IMG/VR virus record: IMGVR_UViG_3300010412_000002
Coordinates: 32,001-96,000 of that record
Origin: a virus
DNA: 64,000 bases
Strand: one strand, 5' to 3'
Part shown: in pieces, positions 56,801 through 64,000 of the stretch
Layout: the number at the start of each line of letters is the position of its first letter
Position numbering within the stretch: the stretch's first letter is position 1
The notes under the pieces: model-generated
Databases searched by the model: none
What the model saw: only the letters and a program-made list of their open reading frames with translations
What the model was told of the DNA's origin: nothing
Position numbers and translations under genes: made by a program

Positions 56801-59800
56801 TCTCTAGGGGTGTAACAGGGGAAATAAATCTTCTTAACCGTTTACGTAAAATTTTTGCCTCTCGTACCGATATTTCTGATACTTTTAAACAGTCAGTACT
56901 AGATCGAATTGATGCTTGGTTAATAGTTTTAAATCAGGCATCAGAAGTAGCTAGAGGTAATGCTGCCAAACGCTATGAGATTCAACAAATGTCTGAACGA
57001 TCATATGCTGAAGGACTACATAATCTGTTTAATAAAGAAGAAATAAAACAATTTCTTATTAATCAGTTTGGACCAGAGATACAAGAGATGTTACGTAAGG
57101 TAGCCGAATATGGTGAAAAACCTAATTCAAAAGAAGGTTACGAGGCTATTCTAGAATTTGTTCGTAGGAAACTTACTACGGAGGAACAACGTACTGCATT
57201 TATGCAGAAGTTAATGGAAGAGTCCGACAAGGATGGGGCTAAAACAAAAGGTATTATTAAGCCTCTAATGTCAGCAAAACTAGGAAGAGAATTCTTTACC
57301 TTAGGTGGTCACTATGATAATCCTAACGGACTACCTGGCATTATGTTTAGAAATCCATTGATGATTCCACATACGATGTTAATGGATAAAGAAGTATTTG
57401 GAGAACGTACTTTAGCGGCGTTTGAAGAAGGTAAAGAAATTACTCCTTGGCAACGATATAATCTTGATTTCGATTTCCCAAAACTTGTTTATAGTATAAA
57501 GGATTCTGGATACGAAGGAATGGATCAAGCAGAGATCGAAATATTTGATGCACTAGTAGATGCGTATTCTTATGCTAGAGCTTATCATGCTTTGGCTACT
57601 ATTGCTACTGGTACCACAGATAACATTGAATTATACAAGTATGAAGCCCAGGAATTTAATAAACCTGGATCTCATGCCCCCACCAGTCAGCAAGCAGTAT
57701 CATTCAGAGAAGCTGTAAGACAACTAAAAAGTCAATTAACTTACCAGCAGTCTGCTGTGTTTGGGATCTATGGCTCAGGTAAAACTGCAATGGTAGCTAG
57801 GAAGGTAATGGAATTTTTAATTCCTAATCCTGATACTCGTAAGGGCAAGGTTCTCGCTTTTGCTCAATCAGAAGCTACATCAAAAACAATTGCAGATTCA
57901 GTAAATGGTACCCAAACATCTTTTGATGCAGTAGCTAATATGACTATTGAACAATTATCTAACTATGAATATGTTGTAGTAGATGAAGCCTTTACGCTTA
58001 ACTCTAGCCAGATAGAAGTTTTAGATACTCTTGCTAGACAAAAAATAGTTAAGGTACTATATCTTGGTGACCCATCTCAGAACAAAAGTGAAAGTGTCTC
58101 TACTCTACAAGATGGGGTATCTAGAGCACAACCTCTTACCGTAGTACTTAGGACTAATAATCCTGCTATTACTAATTTTGCAAATTTCTTTCAATATAAT
58201 CCAGCAGAAATAGATTCGGCTACAGCAGAAGCCACCTCTACTCTAGAAGGTAAAACAGAAGCTGATAGTGGCGTATTTGTAACATCTAATAGTCGTCCCG
58301 CAGAAGAGCAAATTATTGAAAGAGCAAAGAATCCAAATGGTAAGTCTAAGATGATTATCTCTAATCATAACCTAGAGACTTACCGACAAGCCTTTGCTGG
58401 AACCGATGTAAAGGTTCTGTCTCCTAAGGATTCCCAAGGTCAAGAAGCAGATGAAGTATATATTGACCTATCTAAGTCAGGAGAAGCTGTTAACGGTGGG
58501 CCATTTGGGTCAGCATTAGCATTTAATACTATGGTAGCTACTGCGGCATCACGGGCAAAAGAAATGCTTGTAGTGGCAAATCGACCTGGCCTTGTAATAG
58601 ACCAAGCAATTATCGCTGATCTTAATGAGAGCATTCAAGATTTATCTGAAGAGTTTGCTAAGTATGAGCAGGATTATAAAGAATCATTAGATGCTTATAG
58701 GGTATTTTATTCTGAATTTACTGGCATAGCTATTGCGGAAACTCCTCAAGCTCCACCAACTACTCCAACTTCTAACCCCGTTCCAGGACCTGCGGATAAT
58801 ACTGAGCCTACTCCACCACCTCCTGCTCCACCTATGGAACCCATGGAAGGTGATGTTAAACTCAAGCATCCACAGAACGATAATCTTATGAAGGTTATGA
58901 CTGGTACTGGATTTATTGTTAGAACTGTAAGATCCACTGAAGCAGCTACTAACGAAAAATGGACGGTAATGGCTCCAACTCCTAATGGTAAGTTTAGGAC
59001 TGTAGGCGTATTGTCTGGAGAAGAGATAGCTGCAGGCGGGTTTACAGAGGAACAACGAGCTAGAGCAACTTCTCGTAATCAGCTCTTTAAATTAGATACT
59101 GATAGAACTCTTGAATACTCAAAGGACCAGTTCGAGAATTTTATTGTGTCTCCTGTGGAAATTAGAGACGTTAAACCTCTTTGGTTCGAGTTTGGCGAGA
59201 ACAAGACTACATTAACTGCTGATGGAGTTCAATGGTTAATGAGAGATTTCTTTCAACAAGAGGGTGTACCTGTACAGGGTAATGTAGATGCAAACATCCG
59301 TATTTATCGTCGTCCTAGTGAATTTCCTAATACTAGGTTTACGCCCGATATAGGCGTACCTTATATTGTATTATCTGGTTTTCAAGTTCCAGAAGATAGA
59401 CAATATAGTTTCCCACGAAACTTGCATATTCCAATCAGTGCTCCAAAATTAAGTACTGACCATGAAGTATTTAAAACTGCTCAGAAGTTTAAAACTGCTT
59501 TTGATACATTTTGTGGTATTGTCAATAAGGATCCAGTACAGTATTTTAACTCGGAACCTTTTGAGAATTTAATGGATAAATTTAGCAAGTTATATACTGT
59601 AGATGTACTTCGTAGAGAAGGAGATCAAATTGTTAAAGTAGAAGATTTTGATGAGAAGATACAGGTGCTACTTCGTAACTATCGTTACCCAGAAACAGCT
59701 GTAGCTCCACTCTTTGAAATGCTTAAACTACTATATGCTCCACATGAATCGCGTCGTAGGTTTACTGCTCAGGAATTAGAAGATTGGAAGCAAGCTAATC

Positions 59801-62800
59801 CAGAGCAAGCGAAAGACGCAGTTTTTACTGAAGTTAAGTTTGGCAAAGCTAAAAGTAATGAAGTTGCCATAGAGGAAGATAAGAAACTTTGGGAAATTAC
59901 TTATCGTAATTATAATAGAGATGGTACATATGAGATGACTGATGTTACCAAAACTATCTTGGGACAAAGTGCTGGGCCTATGTCTGAAGCTTGGGCAGAT
60001 CTTGCATCTTCTAATAATGATATTGGAGGATATTTCCCTAGAGCTCTGGTTGCGGTTAACCCATCTAATAAAACCATTACTAAGTTTAAACCTAAAAGTT
60101 TCTTTGGGTCGAAGCAATCACATGCTAGAGCTTTTCAATGGATGAAAGATACACTTCGTACTTTTGAACAAACGCTATCTGAGAGCATTAAGCTAATCGA
60201 GGAGAATGATCCTTTTAATGCAGATCTCGAAGCTAACAAAAAGTTACGTACTGCCATTGATAGTATCATTAGATATGACTATGATTCACACGAACTAGAA
60301 AAAGTTATTGGGCACCTAGAAATGCTAACAGGTACTGGTCCCTATGCTGAAGACGGTCCTGTACACCCTGCTTTCAAAATTTATGAAAAAGATCCTCTAA
60401 CTGGGGATAAGCGGGAGATTACTCCTAGAGAAGGTATTCAAGGTATGAGTACTTTTGCAGTACCCTACTCTGCTCTGGAGGCAATTGCTTCTCCTACCAA
60501 TTATGGATTAGCAGGAGAACATAATTCTCTTTATCTTAACTTTGATCTGCAGAAAGATGGTACTGTTAGATATGATATGGGCAGTAAAGTAATAAATACT
60601 ACTACTAATAACGCATTTAACAGCGCTAAGGTAACAACTAAAGTTAAACGTATTACTCCAACTGCTGTTACTATTAATCTAAGTGGTGCAAGAGCGCAGG
60701 CTCAGCAAACACCTGAACAAACAGCACGTACTACTCCACAACCAACTCCCGAAACAACTGAGGAATCTGAGCAACTAATTGCTACTCTTGCCCAGATAAG
60801 TAACAAAACTCCTGAGCAAATCAGAGATCAGGTGGTAACTCACTTTGGATCTGCAACTTCTCGCGATGCCATTCGATTCCTAAAGAATACGATTGCTCGT
60901 AGAAATATGATGTTTGGTAGTTCAGAAGAAGACGTAGATGAGTTTAATCAGAAGAAAACTGTATTTGCTGACACAGTTCCTGGTAAACTTCAAACTATCG
61001 AATGGGCTAAAGCAACTTTAAAGAAGATCTTACCCGGCCTTGATATAGATCAGCAGGTTCAATTCCTTGATACTCTGCAAATGTCTATTCTAGAAAAACC
61101 AAATGAAGATATTCTAGGGCAGGTACATAAGGCTATTATGCGTCTAAAGAAAGACGAGAATGGCCGTATTCACGATCAAGTTGTTTACCACGAAGCTTTC
61201 CACATGGCCTGGAATTATCTCTTCTCTGAGAGGCTTAAAACACGTCTACGCGAAGCTTTCAGGGCAGTTTACGGAAGAGAAATGACTGATAAACAAGTTA
61301 CTGAAGGACTTGCAGAATTGTATCAACGCTTTGATACTCGCTTTGAAAAGAGAAAAACTTGGGTACGTAAGTTAATTGATGCTGTACGTGGATTCTTTGA
61401 TACTATGTACAAGCACAAAGAATTTATTAATGATGTATTCTTTAACTTGGATGAAGGTAAGTACTCCGGTGCTGTACGTGTTAAAGTAAAAGAAGGTGCA
61501 CCCGATAACATTTCTTTTATCAAGGATAACTTTGGTACTCGTGGTAATTATCTACAGGCCGTACGAAAGATCAAAGATAGGATTGAACACTACAAATTAA
61601 ATGGTAAGGATAATCTTCCTATGACTCGGGATGAAATCTTTGAACAGATTTACAGAGAACTCGAGATTGAGATGGAAGACGCGCGCATTGATATGGAAAT
61701 GCAGCGTAAAGACATTCTTACTGAATTTGGTGTTAAGAATCTTGGGCAACTTCGAGAAAGATTACTAGGACTTAAGGCGCTTTTAGAGAAGGGAGATCTA
61801 AACATTTTTGAAGAACAAAAGGTTGTTGATGATATTCTAAAGATCGAACAAGCATTTGTTCCCTATAACTCTGCTAAGAATGCACATATCTTATTTACTA
61901 CTCTGACAGGAGTGAATAAGCATAGTAAGAAGTATGTGTTCTATGAAATAGTAGAAAATCTTTATCCTTCTTATAAAGCAGAAGATGCGTATCAGTTTGA
62001 ACTTGATACCTTAACAGAAGAAGATACAGCTGAGTTTACTCAAGAAGATGTTGAAGCTCTTGATATTGATGGAGATGCAAGTGTAAGTGAATTACAGGAA
62101 GCATTTGAAGGTCTTAAAGCAGAAACAATAGATCATGCTAAAGTTAATTGGTCTAGTAAACAAAGTTTGGCACTTAAAGATATCTTTGCTTTCATTCCTC
62201 TATTACAAGAAGATTCAAACGAACCTGAGATAATTGATGGAATTCGCTCCATGATCCATCCAAAAATTGCCTATGTTAGAGGATTACAACTTTTGTTGCA
62301 ACTAGATCTTAATGGGTCTAATTTGCTTGACCAAATTGTATACCTACAAAAGCATGAGGAACTCAATCGTTGGGATAGATCAATTCTACATGCAATCACT
62401 GAGTTATTTGGTAAGCTTGCTGATATTGAAGAACGTCATGACTCATATAGTATAGTTGCTAAATCATACCCACTAGACAGCAGAGTAGAGTATTACTTCT
62501 TCAATGATCGTAGAGGAGGAACAGATGCGCATGCCACTACTTATGAAGATGCAAAAGAACTAGTAGCTAAAGATCCAGAACGTTATAAGCTTGTATCTGC
62601 TGGGGATAAAACTCTATCTTCTTTATACGCAAAGGCAGTAGAAGAAATTCCTAGTTTAACGAGGGAAGAATTCTCAAATATCTTCTATAATCGCGAAGCT
62701 ATTAACTCTATTGCTAACTTACAATCTTTCATGGGATCTCTTAAAGATACCACATATAAGATGAGTATTAAGAGTACTAGAGGAAAGACTAGAACACTAA

Positions 62801-64000
62801 GTATGGTAGATGCACGTGGAGGAGATTCACATGTAAACACTCGTTCAGTTTTAAAGGAAGCTATTCGGGCTGCTGCTAACAATACTACCACTCCGTTATT
62901 CCAAAAGAGTAGAGAGATTAGTTCTATTATTGGGCAGTTAGAAAGTAATATTGAAGATGCAAGAATTGCAGGGATAAAAGAATTACTAAGTCTTTTAGGG
63001 CTTAAGGATAACTATCCTATTATTAATAGTAAACTTCTTACTCGTAATGCTAAGTCGATTAGCTCCTTCTTAAAGACTATCCTTGCTGTAGGAGAATTAC
63101 CAACTCATACAGTTGTTACTTACGCTAGTGGACGAGAAGAATTAGATGAACGTTACGATATAGATGCCTGGTTGCTTAAGAACAACAGTGCTCTTACGGC
63201 TTTGAGTAAAGTGGTTGCAGAGGAAAATAAGATTCCTAAGTCAACTATGATTACGTCAGTTAAAAAACAACGTATCTATAAACATACTCTTTCTAATCCT
63301 ATCTATAATATTACTCAAAAGATTATTAATGTTCAGGAAAGACTCCTTAAAGGCGTTGATCCAGAATCTAGTTTAGTTAAACTTCCTGAATACTTAGAAC
63401 TACAGTCTAATAAAAATCCTTTCTTAATGAAGAAGGGCAATGGATTTATGTCTCGTATTTATTCTCTATTTGAGTTAGACGGACATAAAGATAGATTTGG
63501 TTCAGGTAGAGAAAATGGTTCTGAAGTACTAGCATTCGATAAGAAAAAGCTTCATACTACTTTATTCTCATCTGGATTTTTGTCCAACTTAGAAGGAGGT
63601 GTGTATCAGCAATTATTCTATCAGCAAGCAGATAAGCCGCGTCCTATTGGTGCTACTATCAGTATTCTTAATTCGAAAGAAATAAAGGAATTCATTCCTA
63701 TTCTGGAAGAGAATATCAAATTCTTTATGGATGAAGATCGTGCAAATCGTTTCCGAATTCACTCTAAGTCCTACAGCACTAGTAACCTGGTTAATGGAAC
63801 TCTCTTAGAGAAAGCCATGAAACATCCTAAAGGCTTCGAGCAAGGCTTTAAAGAATTGATTGCTGAAGAGGCATTTAAACTGGCTAATGATTTAATTGAA
63901 GCTAGAGTAGATACAGTAGGTACGGAAGCTCAAGCAACAGGTCTTGTTGATAAATTTGATACTTCTGAAATGCTGCAGTTACTCAACACTGTATTGGACA
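53863..64000 (+). CDS. Giant polyvalent virion protein (>3,379 aa, truncated): TM-like N-terminus, SF1 helicase, zincin; probable virion-RNAP-associated gene
   Basis: ATG 53863; no in-frame stop seen before the window end (hence absent from the track); GIYGSGKT, VVDEA, LGDPSQ, SQGQE, AASRAK; HEAFH..EGLAE. Confidence 0.85.
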   Translation, partial: MKVDAFTYALMNNMDPVTGEPIKGGFTADQLYAPRPAQAMPGSGGPSSYMMGYRPGMNADYVRSANQPLGASFLNGLTSNIVVGTIGKIGEGVGMIANIPSAVASGDIEKLFDNSITNFFESIQEDAKDALPVYQGRTYQTGNILARMGTDDFWFNDGFDAVSFLLSAYVPGGAVSKVSKLAKLGKLATSINNLGSKAKGAKLAKLLKEVTEDQVENAVTQGVSTAYNTITEAGFEAKDTFDSVYQEYKKTMSDEEAKKKASQAAARVFTANMYGLLVPNAIQSSFMHGNNSFNLRKIKDAVRSGNGLDEILNTRAKMLTKLGEGIASEGLWEENFQNAVQRYERRMSEGWVGDRAGEYTYGMLLGLKGTAKAFIPGLPAPEAGTDEDEAAASIALGGLIGGGMGIGSTILENKNLSKVIKGAEVDWARVKDANKFSKNLLVDNLSVNLKSHGMVDETDANGNPTGRKVPQYVDPDSGQVSMDPQKMQTFMLRRAKDMNLGAAQVDAVLGNSQSLMDYNREMALMSYAWHLRSIPNLSKEDIDDLIKYDVQLPVSRELDGVVDQNLLSQNVDKIRAYMQLYDDSLTHTSGMYDFSDTNVDRDFGAYIRRAYFYDAGKKLAAQHMKETASDTMRPQLDQMITDIDSYLARFRNNIPKFRQAYDLEVKSAIGLGNRLVDIEEALKVEGITDEVKQDLEAEKKVIEYQLEELRDVDGYFYDTFGGQRATEYGSASLSKNEPAYHMRKRGEQFRPRSMAEKYYYNRALTDLFNIEVSRDFQDNVPVEEIFDKAAVRPELRLNNANRTALKEGFIAKKTEVESKNDSFNQMKELRDNMHASLNLEYNAERPELVTNEDEMDEYQAFLDDNVHDMEAAGDLLSEGLGENPFTEQTLRENPNSFVELYRRMDKAIKDHELAVKKTQAALDSLEELSRVSNELAAESAIYDNLTPEKRGEVFRDKFFEQKTAGVRSVIAQFRADRDGFSRGVTGEINLLNRLRKIFASRTDISDTFKQSVLDRIDAWLIVLNQASEVARGNAAKRYEIQQMSERSYAEGLHNLFNKEEIKQFLINQFGPEIQEMLRKVAEYGEKPNSKEGYEAILEFVRRKLTTEEQRTAFMQKLMEESDKDGAKTKGIIKPLMSAKLGREFFTLGGHYDNPNGLPGIMFRNPLMIPHTMLMDKEVFGERTLAAFEEGKEITPWQRYNLDFDFPKLVYSIKDSGYEGMDQAEIEIFDALVDAYSYARAYHALATIATGTTDNIELYKYEAQEFNKPGSHAPTSQQAVSFREAVRQLKSQLTYQQSAVFGIYGSGKTAMVARKVMEFLIPNPDTRKGKVLAFAQSEATSKTIADSVNGTQTSFDAVANMTIEQLSNYEYVVVDEAFTLNSSQIEVLDTLARQKIVKVLYLGDPSQNKSESVSTLQDGVSRAQPLTVVLRTNNPAITNFANFFQYNPAEIDSATAEATSTLEGKTEADSGVFVTSNSRPAEEQIIERAKNPNGKSKMIISNHNLETYRQAFAGTDVKVLSPKDSQGQEADEVYIDLSKSGEAVNGGPFGSALAFNTMVATAASRAKEMLVVANRPGLVIDQAIIADLNESIQDLSEEFAKYEQDYKESLDAYRVFYSEFTGIAIAETPQAPPTTPTSNPVPGPADNTEPTPPPPAPPMEPMEGDVKLKHPQNDNLMKVMTGTGFIVRTVRSTEAATNEKWTVMAPTPNGKFRTVGVLSGEEIAAGGFTEEQRARATSRNQLFKLDTDRTLEYSKDQFENFIVSPVEIRDVKPLWFEFGENKTTLTADGVQWLMRDFFQQEGVPVQGNVDANIRIYRRPSEFPNTRFTPDIGVPYIVLSGFQVPEDRQYSFPRNLHIPISAPKLSTDHEVFKTAQKFKTAFDTFCGIVNKDPVQYFNSEPFENLMDKFSKLYTVDVLRREGDQIVKVEDFDEKIQVLLRNYRYPETAVAPLFEMLKLLYAPHESRRRFTAQELEDWKQANPEQAKDAVFTEVKFGKAKSNEVAIEEDKKLWEITYRNYNRDGTYEMTDVTKTILGQSAGPMSEAWADLASSNNDIGGYFPRALVAVNPSNKTITKFKPKSFFGSKQSHARAFQWMKDTLRTFEQTLSESIKLIEENDPFNADLEANKKLRTAIDSIIRYDYDSHELEKVIGHLEMLTGTGPYAEDGPVHPAFKIYEKDPLTGDKREITPREGIQGMSTFAVPYSALEAIASPTNYGLAGEHNSLYLNFDLQKDGTVRYDMGSKVINTTTNNAFNSAKVTTKVKRITPTAVTINLSGARAQAQQTPEQTARTTPQPTPETTEESEQLIATLAQISNKTPEQIRDQVVTHFGSATSRDAIRFLKNTIARRNMMFGSSEEDVDEFNQKKTVFADTVPGKLQTIEWAKATLKKILPGLDIDQQVQFLDTLQMSILEKPNEDILGQVHKAIMRLKKDENGRIHDQVVYHEAFHMAWNYLFSERLKTRLREAFRAVYGREMTDKQVTEGLAELYQRFDTRFEKRKTWVRKLIDAVRGFFDTMYKHKEFINDVFFNLDEGKYSGAVRVKVKEGAPDNISFIKDNFGTRGNYLQAVRKIKDRIEHYKLNGKDNLPMTRDEIFEQIYRELEIEMEDARIDMEMQRKDILTEFGVKNLGQLRERLLGLKALLEKGDLNIFEEQKVVDDILKIEQAFVPYNSAKNAHILFTTLTGVNKHSKKYVFYEIVENLYPSYKAEDAYQFELDTLTEEDTAEFTQEDVEALDIDGDASVSELQEAFEGLKAETIDHAKVNWSSKQSLALKDIFAFIPLLQEDSNEPEIIDGIRSMIHPKIAYVRGLQLLLQLDLNGSNLLDQIVYLQKHEELNRWDRSILHAITELFGKLADIEERHDSYSIVAKSYPLDSRVEYYFFNDRRGGTDAHATTYEDAKELVAKDPERYKLVSAGDKTLSSLYAKAVEEIPSLTREEFSNIFYNREAINSIANLQSFMGSLKDTTYKMSIKSTRGKTRTLSMVDARGGDSHVNTRSVLKEAIRAAANNTTTPLFQKSREISSIIGQLESNIEDARIAGIKELLSLLGLKDNYPIINSKLLTRNAKSISSFLKTILAVGELPTHTVVTYASGREELDERYDIDAWLLKNNSALTALSKVVAEENKIPKSTMITSVKKQRIYKHTLSNPIYNITQKIINVQERLLKGVDPESSLVKLPEYLELQSNKNPFLMKKGNGFMSRIYSLFELDGHKDRFGSGRENGSEVLAFDKKKLHTTLFSSGFLSNLEGGVYQQLFYQQADKPRPIGATISILNSKEIKEFIPILEENIKFFMDEDRANRFRIHSKSYSTSNLVNGTLLEKAMKHPKGFEQGFKELIAEEAFKLANDLIEARVDTVGTEAQATGLVDKFDTSEMLQLLNTVLD

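Noticed and set aside
62062-62076. DIDGD in the giant ORF, resembling the RNAP catalytic DxDGD
   Set aside because: It lies in an acidic low-complexity tract (EEDTAEFTQEDVEALDIDGDAS) without recognisable catalytic-loop context; the true site is probably beyond the window
1-64000. Stop-codon reassignment, known in some Crassvirales
   Set aside because: Genes tile densely under the standard code; TAG and TGA both end genes with coupled downstream starts; no suppressor tRNA seen

Overview
This window is part of a Crassvirales (crAss-like) podophage genome, probably infecting a Bacteroidota host. The host call rests on a TTTG-N20-TATCTTTG promoter, Q-rule signal peptides and A-rich start regions without Shine-Dalgarno sequences; the standard genetic code applies. 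Positions 1-5.8 kb are a leftward, GC-richer block of small unknown genes plus a membrane-anchored amidase. Every sizeable intergenic gap in that block holds a GC-clamped structured element, and one gap holds a tRNA-Phe(GAA)-like gene with a 104-nt structured insertion in its D-loop. An AT-rich strand switch lies at about 5.9-6.05 kb. The rightward arm carries, in order: an EndoVII-type endonuclease, small genes, a divergent GroES-like gene, GroEL and a HAD phosphatase; the conserved terminase-portal-scaffold-capsid-ring block; and a ~16 kb cluster of mosaic fibre/decoration genes, some with host-adhesin-like domains and some with apparent Sec signal peptides. After these come a lysis cassette, IHF-like, tail ring and muzzle genes, two cargo proteins, and a >3,379-aa ORF absent from the ORF track. 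That ORF contains a complete SF1 helicase and a zincin motif and runs off the window. The best candidate for an undescribed system is the RNA layer of the leftward block: the structured-element array, the interrupted tRNA and an anti-SD-like start motif. All protein assignments come from motif recognition and gene order; no database searches were run.
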